A stretch of DNA of 64,000 nucleotides from an uncultured Bacteroidales bacterium (lineage in GTDB: Bacteria; Bacteroidota; Bacteroidia; Bacteroidales; CAZLJX01). Every line of letters starts with the position of its first letter. The stretch's first letter is position 1. Both the position numbers and the translations under genes were made by a program. The stretch lies in contig CAZLJX010000007.1 in NCBI GenBank assembly GCA_964559985.1, positions 13 through 64,012 on the forward strand. Direction: 5' to 3'. Below the pieces are notes generated by a model, which did no database searches, had not been told where the DNA came from, and saw only the letters and a list, made by a program, of their open reading frames with translations. Below are positions 21,038 to 29,093 of the stretch, one piece after another.

Positions 21038-21094
21038 ATTTGGATATTAATAATATTTTTTAGAATTTTAGGTCATATTTATATACGAAGGTTT

Positions 21095-22471
21095 ATGAGA
21101 AAGTTGTTTGTTTTCGTAGTAGTAGCAATCGCCTTAACCTGGGGATGCAAGAACCAGGGAACCGGTGAATTGACCGGCGTTATGGAACGCCCTCAGTTTA
21201 GTGAGGACCCGCCAGCCGGCATGGTTTATGTAAAATCAGGTAGCTATACCATGGGTCCAAATGATCAGGATGTACCCTGGGCCATGACTGCCCAGGCAAA
21301 AACAGTTTCGACGGCCGCTTTCTGGATGGACGAAACTGAAATTACCAACAACGAATATCGCCAGTTTGTTTATTGGGTGCGCGATTCACTGGCATATCGC
21401 CTTCTTGGAGAAACCATTCCTGACTACCTTAAATCAGAAGATGAATTTGGCGAACCCATTGAACCACCCTATATCCAATGGGAAATGCCTTTGGAATGGA
21501 ACGGTCAGGAAGAAAGAGGCATCCTTGAACCTTTGTATATCCCTGTAAATGAACGTTTCTACAGAAGAAGGACCATCGATGCCCGCAAACTGAATTTTGA
21601 ATATTTCTGGATCGACTACCGTCAGGCAGCCCAAAAATTCAGCTTCGACAACGAAGTCCGCAGACGTTACAATTACAAAACAGGGCAATATGATGGAGAA
21701 GTTTATGATGCCAATGGCGTTAAATCACCTATTAAAGACCGCTCTTCATTTATTTTACACGATGTGATTAATGTATATCCTGACACCTTATGCTGGATCA
21801 GTGACTTTACCTATTCCTACAACGAACCTATGGCCAATATGTATTTCTGGCATCCATCCTATGATAATTATCCTGTAGTAGGGGTTTCGTGGAAACAAGC
21901 CAATGCTTTTTCCATCTGGAGAACTTTCTATATGAACTCAGAACGATTTAAAATTGGTATGCCTGAAGTTCAGGACTACCGGCTGCCTAAAGAATCAGAA
22001 TGGGAATATGCTGCACGCGGCGGACTTGATTTAAGTATGTATCCATGGGGTGGCTATTACACACGTAACGACCAGGGATGTTTCGTTACCAATTTTAAAC
22101 CATTAAGAGGTAATTACGTTGACGATGGTGCTCTGAACACGAATATCGTGGCCGCTTATCCTCCAAACGATTTCGGTTTGTACGACATGTCCGGTAACGT
22201 AGCTGAATGGACAAGCAATGCCTATGACGAATCGGCCTATAGCTTTACCCACGATCTTAATCCTGATTATCATTATCATGCACTGGCAAACGACCCTCCT
22301 GCAATGAAACGCAAAGTGGTACGCGGAGGTTCGTGGAAAGATATCGGTTATTACCTGCAATGCGGCACCCGAACTTATGAATACCAGGATACTGCCAAAT
22401 CGTATATCGGATTCCGTTGCGTACGTGCTTATATGGGTGCAGACGAAAATGCAACTTCCCGCGTTTATTAA
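21095..22471 (+). CDS. gldK: T9SS ring lipoprotein PorK/GldK
   Basis: TWGC lipobox, GELTGV, FWMDETEITNNEYRQF, NYPVVGVSWKQANAF, EWEYAARGG, GLYDMSGNVAEW, GFRCV (FGE-sulfatase fold). Confidence 0.95.
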   Translation: MRKLFVFVVVAIALTWGCKNQGTGELTGVMERPQFSEDPPAGMVYVKSGSYTMGPNDQDVPWAMTAQAKTVSTAAFWMDETEITNNEYRQFVYWVRDSLAYRLLGETIPDYLKSEDEFGEPIEPPYIQWEMPLEWNGQEERGILEPLYIPVNERFYRRRTIDARKLNFEYFWIDYRQAAQKFSFDNEVRRRYNYKTGQYDGEVYDANGVKSPIKDRSSFILHDVINVYPDTLCWISDFTYSYNEPMANMYFWHPSYDNYPVVGVSWKQANAFSIWRTFYMNSERFKIGMPEVQDYRLPKESEWEYAARGGLDLSMYPWGGYYTRNDQGCFVTNFKPLRGNYVDDGALNTNIVAAYPPNDFGLYDMSGNVAEWTSNAYDESAYSFTHDLNPDYHYHALANDPPAMKRKVVRGGSWKDIGYYLQCGTRTYEYQDTAKSYIGFRCVRAYMGADENATSRVY

Positions 22472-22491
22472 ATAATTTAATATTTTCATTT

Positions 22492-23631
22492 ATGTCAATT
22501 ACCGAATTAGTCGAGAGTAAGGGTTATAAAAAACTGATGACCAAAGTATATGGATGGGGAGCTTCTGTTGTACTGATGGGTGCATTGTTTAAAATACAAC
22601 ACTGGCCCGGAGCTTCTTATATGCTTATTATCGGGATGGGAACTGAAGTAATCATCTTTTTCCTTTCAGCTTTTGAACCACTTCACGAAGAACTTGACTG
22701 GACACTGGTATATCCCGAACTTGCAGGAATGACTGATGATTTTGATGAGCCATCGCCGGGTAAAGGAAAAGATAAAGACCGTAAAAAACGTGATTTCGAG
22801 AAAATATCACGACTTTCTGTTGAAGAAGAACTGGCTTCGCTTCAAGGGGCCGGGCAACCGGGTGCTGGCGGAGTTCAGGGAGGAACAGTTAGCGGGCAGG
22901 TGACAGGACAGGTGACAGGACAGGTGACAGGAAGCATCTCAGGCAATGTAAAAATAGGTAGTACCTATGCATTGGAACGTTTTGATGAATTACTTGAAAA
23001 ATCAAATGTTGGGACAGAGCTTTTCGACAAACTTGGTGAAGGACTGAATAATTTTGCCAAAACCGCCGATAAACTCAAAGATATTTCAAATGCTGCCATG
23101 GCATCGGACGAATTTGCTAAAAATCTTTCCTCGGCAAGTAAATCGGTGAACCAGTTTTCAGAAAAATATACACAAAACTCTGAATCATTGGGTAATGCCA
23201 TGAATCAGTTAATCGATTCATTTTCAGGTTCTGCTTCAGCCATTGCTACCGGTGGCAGCCAGATTTCAGGCATCATTCAGAATAATAATTCACAACTGGC
23301 ACAAACCTACAAAACCCTGATTGATGCACTCAATAGTGATATTGACCAGATAAAACAAATTCATGGTAATTACAGCGACCAGATGGGATCAATGAACAGG
23401 CAGCTTTCGGCTATTAATTCCATTTATGAATTGCAGCTCCAGGCAACCAATAATTACCTGAAATCAGCACAGGATATGTATGATGGCCTTAACCAGATGA
23501 TGTCAAATCTGCATCAATCGGTCGAAGAAACACAGCGTTACCGCAATGAGATGAATCAACTGAGCCAGAATCTTGCAGCCCTTAATGCTGTTTATGGCAA
23601 TATGCTGACTGCAATGAACGCTACAAATTAA
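22492..23631 (+). CDS. gldL: T9SS motor subunit PorL/GldL (long form)
   Basis: ATG 22492; YGWGASVVLMGALFKIQHWPG, EVIIFFLSAFEP, DWTLVYPEL; C-terminal LNAVYGNMLTAM. Confidence 0.95.
   Translation: MSITELVESKGYKKLMTKVYGWGASVVLMGALFKIQHWPGASYMLIIGMGTEVIIFFLSAFEPLHEELDWTLVYPELAGMTDDFDEPSPGKGKDKDRKKRDFEKISRLSVEEELASLQGAGQPGAGGVQGGTVSGQVTGQVTGQVTGSISGNVKIGSTYALERFDELLEKSNVGTELFDKLGEGLNNFAKTADKLKDISNAAMASDEFAKNLSSASKSVNQFSEKYTQNSESLGNAMNQLIDSFSGSASAIATGGSQISGIIQNNNSQLAQTYKTLIDALNSDIDQIKQIHGNYSDQMGSMNRQLSAINSIYELQLQATNNYLKSAQDMYDGLNQMMSNLHQSVEETQRYRNEMNQLSQNLAALNAVYGNMLTAMNATN
22897..22932 (+). repeat. Perfect 12-bp tandem repeat x3 inside gldL (encodes QVTG x3)
   Basis: CAGGTGACAGGA at 22897, 22909 and 22921. 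Confidence 0.95.
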
Positions 23632-23651
23632 TTTATTAAGAGTAATTTATT

Positions 23652-25220
23652 ATGGGCCACGGCAAAGAAACACCCAGGCAAAAAATGATAGGTATGATGT
23701 ACCTGTTTCTTACTGCTATGCTGGCACTCAACGTTTCAAAAGATGTGTTGAATGCCTTTGTTGCAGTAAATGTCAGTGTTTCAAAAACAATAGACAATTT
23801 TGCAAAAAAGAACCAAAAGGTTTACGATGATTTCGACAAGGCTAAAGCCGAAAATCCGACCAAAGTCGGGACATGGCATGGAAAAGCTTTTGAGGTAAAG
23901 CAAAGGGCAGACAGCCTGGTGGAATTAGTAAGAAAAATACAGGTTGAGATCATCAGAAAAGCTGATGGTATGGATGCTCCATCTATCAGGCATGATGGTT
24001 CAATTAATACCGACAGCATTGTTGCCAAAGACCAACTGGATGTACCAGCCGAAATCATGGTAGGGGCAACTGGTATCGGAAGAGGAACCGACCTTAAAAA
24101 AGCCATAGTTTCATTCCGTGAATACCTTACCGGCCTTGTTAACCCAAAAGACACATTAATAAGAACATCGATAGAAAACAACCTTGATACTGCCGATCCA
24201 CCACCTAAAGAAGGGGAGACCAAAAACTGGGAGAGAGAACATTTTGAGCACCTGCCACTGGTTGCTGTTATTACATTACTGACAAAAATTCAGAGCGACG
24301 TCAGAAATTCTGAAGCCGATATCATTAACTATCTCTATAACCAAATTGAAGCCCAGTCATTTAAATTTAACAAACTGGAAGCTATTGTCATCCCAAAATC
24401 CGATTATGTATTAAAAGGATCGACTTATGAAGCCGAAGTAGTTTTGGCTGCTTTTGACACTACCCAAAAACCCCGTATAATTGTGGGCGGCAGCGAACTT
24501 CCGATCAACAATAAAGCCCGTGGCCTTTTTAAAAGGCAGGGCACTACCATTGGCTATCAGACATGGAAAGGAGAGGTTGAATTTAAAGCTCCTGACGGAA
24601 CCATTAAAACCTACCCGTTCGATAGCAAATTTCAGGTTGCCGAACCAAACCTGGTAATATCGCCAACCAAAATGAACGTTTTTTATTACGGGCTTGAAAA
24701 TCCGGTTGAAATATCTGTACCTGGAGTTACATCCGATAAAATTACCCCGATTTTAAGTAATGCTTCTATGCGCCGTGAAGGGAATACCTATTATATAAAG
24801 CCAGATAAACCCGGCGGATTGGTTACTATTAAAGTGATGGCCGAAATTAACGGCGAAAAGCGATCGATGGGAGAAAAGGAATTTCGTGTAAAAATCGTTC
24901 CACGTCCTATCGCAAAAGTGCTTGGTAAAGATAAAGGGGATATTACCAGAAACGAATTGCTGGCTGCCGATGGAGTTGTTGCCGTTCTTGAAGACTTCCT
25001 GTTTGACCTGAAATTTACGGTTAAGGAATTCAGGGTTACTGTTACTATTGGAGGTTACACCAAGGAATTGGATTCAAAAAGCAACCGGTTTACCATGGAC
25101 CAGAAAAATCTTATCAAAGAATTAAAACCCAATTCAAAACTTATTATTGAAGATATTAAATCAATTGGTCAGGATGGGAGAACCAATGATTTATCACCTA
25201 TTGTATTTAAAGTGAAATAA
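23652..25220 (+). CDS. gldM: T9SS motor subunit PorM/GldM
   Basis: ETPRQKMIGMMYLFLTAMLALNVSKDVL, FEHLPLVAVITLLTKIQSDV, TKMNVFYYGLENPVEISVPG. Confidence 0.96.
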   Translation: MGHGKETPRQKMIGMMYLFLTAMLALNVSKDVLNAFVAVNVSVSKTIDNFAKKNQKVYDDFDKAKAENPTKVGTWHGKAFEVKQRADSLVELVRKIQVEIIRKADGMDAPSIRHDGSINTDSIVAKDQLDVPAEIMVGATGIGRGTDLKKAIVSFREYLTGLVNPKDTLIRTSIENNLDTADPPPKEGETKNWEREHFEHLPLVAVITLLTKIQSDVRNSEADIINYLYNQIEAQSFKFNKLEAIVIPKSDYVLKGSTYEAEVVLAAFDTTQKPRIIVGGSELPINNKARGLFKRQGTTIGYQTWKGEVEFKAPDGTIKTYPFDSKFQVAEPNLVISPTKMNVFYYGLENPVEISVPGVTSDKITPILSNASMRREGNTYYIKPDKPGGLVTIKVMAEINGEKRSMGEKEFRVKIVPRPIAKVLGKDKGDITRNELLAADGVVAVLEDFLFDLKFTVKEFRVTVTIGGYTKELDSKSNRFTMDQKNLIKELKPNSKLIIEDIKSIGQDGRTNDLSPIVFKVK

Positions 25221-25235
25221 TTAATACCTACCAGG

Positions 25236-26078
25236 ATGAAAAGGATATTTCTTACATTAGTCATTGTTGCGAATCTGGTTACGTTTGGTAGTGCACAGAT
25301 TCTTGATGGTATTTACGAAAACGAACATGTTCCGAGCCGCAGGCCGGTGCCTTATTATTTTATCCGTGAGGCCGACATGATGTGGACAAAACGTATCTGG
25401 AGAATTGTTGACCTGCGTGAAAAAATCAACCATCCGTTGTATTATCCGGTTACAAAAATAGGATCACGCATGAGTCTGATTGATCTGTTGCTCTGGGGTA
25501 TAAAAAACGAAGGCCTGGTAGCTTATAAAACTACCGATGACCGTTTTACTGCTCCGATGACTACCAATGATATTGATGTTGAATTTGATGCCGTTCCAAG
25601 AACTGTCCAGCAGGAAGATCCTGAAACCGGACAGATGAAAGAAATTACCATTCAGGGATCCATTACAAGCTCTGAGGTAAAACAATACATGCTTAAAGAA
25701 GAATGGTTTTTCGATAGGCAACGCAGCAGCCTCGATGTCAGAATTATAGGACTTTGCCCTATAAGATTTTATAAAAAAAGCCTGGGTACCGGACAGGATG
25801 AAGAAGAAAGGAAAAAACAGGTTTTCTGGATTTATTTCCCCGAAGCACGCCGCATATTGGCCAACCACGAAGTTTTTAATCCTTTCAACGATTCCGACCG
25901 TAAAACTTTTGATGATATCTTTTTCAAACGCCGTTTCAGTAGTTTTGCCGTAAGACAGTCAAATGTTTATGACGACCGTGAGATAATGGAATACAGGCAT
26001 GGCGTACAGGCAATGCTTGAAGCTGAAAAAATAAAAGATATGATTTTTAAACTCGAGGTTGATCTTTGGGAATATTAA
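25236..26078 (+). CDS. gldN: T9SS ring protein PorN/GldN
   Basis: READMMWTKRIWRIVDLREKINHPLYYP, KEEWFFDRQRS, FWIYFPEAR, TFDDIFFKRRFSS, DLWEY end. Confidence 0.96.
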   Translation: MKRIFLTLVIVANLVTFGSAQILDGIYENEHVPSRRPVPYYFIREADMMWTKRIWRIVDLREKINHPLYYPVTKIGSRMSLIDLLLWGIKNEGLVAYKTTDDRFTAPMTTNDIDVEFDAVPRTVQQEDPETGQMKEITIQGSITSSEVKQYMLKEEWFFDRQRSSLDVRIIGLCPIRFYKKSLGTGQDEEERKKQVFWIYFPEARRILANHEVFNPFNDSDRKTFDDIFFKRRFSSFAVRQSNVYDDREIMEYRHGVQAMLEAEKIKDMIFKLEVDLWEY

Positions 26079-26096
26079 TACAAGCTATATCATTGA

Positions 26097-26130
26097 AAAA
26101 AAGGTATTTCAATTATGAAATGCCTTTTTT
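26097..26130. terminator. Bidirectional terminator between convergent gldN and the ABC substrate-binding gene
   Basis: AAAAAAGGTATTTC-AATTAT-GAAATGCCTTTTTT inverted repeat with A/T tracts on both sides. Confidence 0.8.
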
Positions 26131-27770
26131 TATTTTTTCCGGGCGTATTTCAAAACAAGAAGATTCATGGGGTTTGGCTCCAGTCCGGTTATGTTGCAAT
26201 GTACAAATCTGACAATACGGTCATAATAGAGAGGTACTACCGGGGCTTCTGCTACAATAATGCTGTCCATCTGCCGGTATAACCCGAATCTTATTTTTTC
26301 ATCAGTAGTATTAAGGGCTTTTTCATAAAGCTGATCAAATTTAACGTTTCTGAAATGAAAATAATTCGGGCCGGATGGGCTGAAATTTTTACTGTAAAAT
26401 AAAGCAAGATAATTTTCGGCATCGGGGTAATCGGCAATCCATGACCCTCTGAAAAAAGGCAATTTTGCCTGTGCCACCATTTCTCTGAAACTTGCTCCGG
26501 TGCTGACCTCAATATCTATTTTTATACCAATATCCATCAGTTCGTGCTGGATGTATTCGCACAAATCAACATAATCTGAAGTTGTCATCAATGTAATGGC
26601 AGGCAGTCCATTTCCTTCCGGGAACCCGGCCGACGCCAGCAGTATACGAGCTTTGTCGGGATTGTAATCGTATCCTTTTAAAGAAGTGGAAAATGAAGGT
26701 AACCCTTCGGGAATAAAACCCTGCAGGGCAGCATTACCAATGTTATTGCGCATGTATCGTATCATTTTTCCCCTGTCAAATCCATAATTGATTGCCAAAC
26801 GTATGGCTTTAAACCTGACAGGGCTGTTTGCAATTCTTTCAGAATTTGTATCAATAAGAAAACCAAGATATTCTGTATTGAGATAAGGACGGGTAATCAT
26901 TTTAATTTTACCCGCATATCTGCTTCTGAGTGTCCCGTTACGTGTTACCAGTTCATCTTTGAAAGTCGGATGTAAGCCACTGATAATATCAAGATTTCCT
27001 TTAATGAATTCGAGAAATTCACTTTGCTTGTCGGCAATAAAAGTAATGGAAACAGCTTCAAGGTGTGGAAGTGTTGTACTATCAGAATCGATTTCGAAAT
27101 AATCTGGATTACGGCTAAAAATGAGCTTTTCGCCATCCTTCCAGTATTTAAAGGAAAATGGACCTGTACCAACCGGTTTTCGTCCAAAACCAGACCCATA
27201 AGCTTTTACAGCTTCGTATGGCACAACCGAGCAATACTGCATGGTTAAAATTCCAGGCAGTGGAGGAAAAGCCTGCTTCAGATAAATACGAAAAGTTGAG
27301 TCGTTAACCGCTTCAAAACCCGAATCAGCCTTTTCAAGGTCAACAAATCCAAATATCCACGCTCCGGGCGAAGCGACCTGTGGATTGATAATTCTTTTAA
27401 AACTATACACAAAATCAGCTGCCACAACGTTGCGCCCTTTATTTTCTTTTGAGCCAAACACTTCGGAACGATGGAAAAAAACATCATTCCTTAATTGAAA
27501 GGTGTATATTTTACCATCGGTAGAAATTGAAAATTTTTTAGCGATACATGGCTTTATTTCAAGCGAAGTTGATAATTGCAATAATCCGTTGAATAACTGA
27601 TTAACAGGCCAGATGGTGGTTTGATTTCGTGCAAAAACCGGATCGAGCGTAGCTATCCCTTTTGATTCATTATAGCGAAATACTTTGTCGTTGTAATGTT
27701 TTTCGCCTGGCCCGCAACCAAAAATAAGCCATACAAAAATCAGATATACAATAAAACGGGTTTGCAACAT
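26130..27770 (-). CDS. ABC transporter substrate-binding lipoprotein (family 5, peptide/nickel)
   Basis: IFGC lipobox; FRYNESKGIATLDP, YTFQLRNDVFFH, PVGTGPFSF, GSWIADYPDAENYL. Confidence 0.92.
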   Translation of the reverse strand: MLQTRFIVYLIFVWLIFGCGPGEKHYNDKVFRYNESKGIATLDPVFARNQTTIWPVNQLFNGLLQLSTSLEIKPCIAKKFSISTDGKIYTFQLRNDVFFHRSEVFGSKENKGRNVVAADFVYSFKRIINPQVASPGAWIFGFVDLEKADSGFEAVNDSTFRIYLKQAFPPLPGILTMQYCSVVPYEAVKAYGSGFGRKPVGTGPFSFKYWKDGEKLIFSRNPDYFEIDSDSTTLPHLEAVSITFIADKQSEFLEFIKGNLDIISGLHPTFKDELVTRNGTLRSRYAGKIKMITRPYLNTEYLGFLIDTNSERIANSPVRFKAIRLAINYGFDRGKMIRYMRNNIGNAALQGFIPEGLPSFSTSLKGYDYNPDKARILLASAGFPEGNGLPAITLMTTSDYVDLCEYIQHELMDIGIKIDIEVSTGASFREMVAQAKLPFFRGSWIADYPDAENYLALFYSKNFSPSGPNYFHFRNVKFDQLYEKALNTTDEKIRFGLYRQMDSIIVAEAPVVPLYYDRIVRFVHCNITGLEPNPMNLLVLKYARKK

Positions 27771-27920
27771 TTTCTTTAATGATTATGACTGCAATTTGGC
27801 AAAAAATAACTTACGCAGGATAAGCATAGTTTATATTTTAACACTAAATTATAATAAAACCATAAAGTATAAAAAATTAAGTAGGCAGGTTATAATTCAA
27901 TAAAAAAGTATTAACTTTCA

Positions 27921-28036
27921 CCTGATTAGTATCAGTGGTTTTGGGTAATTCATCAATTTCCGGCGATTAATCACTATACAATATGGAAATTGAAGTGTTT
28001 TCATGGTCACTTATTCCCAATCACTGATAACATTGG
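27921..28036 (+). ncRNA. Candidate 6S RNA (Bacteroidota type): rod-like hairpin with central bubble
   Basis: Nested complementarity ATCAGTG(27931)/CACTGAT(28022), TTGGG(27941)/CCCAA(28016) and TCAATTTCC(27953)/GGAAATTGA(27985), with an asymmetric unpaired bubble between the stems; TAACTTTC promoter-like element at 27912-27919 just upstream. Confidence 0.55.
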
Positions 28037-28061
28037 TAAAAACCTAATAATATCAATTGTT

Positions 28062-29051
28062 ATGAAATCAGAAGATAAAAATTTACCGCAACCGGAAAAT
28101 CCGGCAGAAGAACAACCGCTGGCAAATACACCTGCAGCAGGAGACGAAAGTGGGGCCAAAAAAGTCAAAGAAATGAACGAAGGTATTCATGTAAAAAAAG
28201 ACAAACATAAAAAAGATAAACATAAAAAAGACAAACATGAAAAGCTGGATAAAGCTGACATGTATAATGAAAAAGGAAAGCTGAAAAATGAATTTTATGA
28301 GGAAGAACTTGCAAGGCTTCAGATTGAACTGGTAAAAATGCTTGAATGGATTAAATTTAAAGGATTGAGGGTTGTGGTATTATTTGAAGGGCGCGATGCA
28401 GCCGGAAAAGGAGGCGTAATTAAAAGGATAACCGAAACTTTAAATCCACGTTACTGCAGGGTAGTAGCCCTGGGCGTGCCAACCGAAAAAGAAAAAACCC
28501 AATGGTATTTTCAACGTTATATTACCCATCTTCCAGCCGCTGGCGAAATGGTACTTTTTGACCGTAGCTGGTACAACCGTGCCGGCGTTGAAAGGGTTAT
28601 GGGTTTTTGTTCTGAAAAACAATACTGGGATTTTATGGCTGCCTGCCCTACCCTTGAGCGTTTGCTGATACATGATGGAATTATCCTGGTAAAATACTGG
28701 TTCTCAGTTAGCGAAGACGAACAGGAGAAAAGATTCCAGTCAAGGCTCAGCGACCCCACCCGGAGATGGAAACTCAGCCCGATGGATCTTGAGTCGCGCT
28801 CAAAATGGATTGAATACTCCAAAGCGAAGGACGAAATGTTTGCCTATACCGATACCAAACATTCACCGTGGTATGTAGTTGATGCCGATGATAAGAAAAA
28901 AGCCAGGCTCAATTGTATTCATCATCTGTTAAGCCTTGTTCAATATGAAGACCTGACACCGCCAAAACTCGAACTTCCAAAACGAACCGACACCAAAGGA
29001 TATGTCAGGCCCCCGATTACCGAACAGACATTTATACCAAAAGTATATTAA
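28062..29051 (+). CDS. ppk2: Polyphosphate kinase 2 (class I-like) with charged N-terminal extension
   Basis: Start moved to ATG 28062 (MKSEDK). FEGRDAAGKGG Walker A, WYFQRY, FDRSWYNRAGVERVMGF, WKLSPMDL. Confidence 0.95.
   Translation: MKSEDKNLPQPENPAEEQPLANTPAAGDESGAKKVKEMNEGIHVKKDKHKKDKHKKDKHEKLDKADMYNEKGKLKNEFYEEELARLQIELVKMLEWIKFKGLRVVVLFEGRDAAGKGGVIKRITETLNPRYCRVVALGVPTEKEKTQWYFQRYITHLPAAGEMVLFDRSWYNRAGVERVMGFCSEKQYWDFMAACPTLERLLIHDGIILVKYWFSVSEDEQEKRFQSRLSDPTRRWKLSPMDLESRSKWIEYSKAKDEMFAYTDTKHSPWYVVDADDKKKARLNCIHHLLSLVQYEDLTPPKLELPKRTDTKGYVRPPITEQTFIPKVY
28194..28238 (+). repeat. 15-bp tandem repeat x3 encoding KKDKH in the PPK2 N-terminus
   Basis: AAAAAAGACAAACAT / AAAAAAGATAAACAT / AAAAAAGACAAACAT. 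Confidence 0.95.
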
Positions 29052-29093
29052 AAGTTGCAGAAAAAGGAGAAATTAATTACGCTGTTAATTGTA

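Noticed and set aside
20084-26078. Evidence of gliding motility
   Set aside because: porP-KLMN shows a T9SS, but motility-specific genes (gldJ, sprB, gldB/D/H etc.) are not in this window, so motility cannot be inferred.
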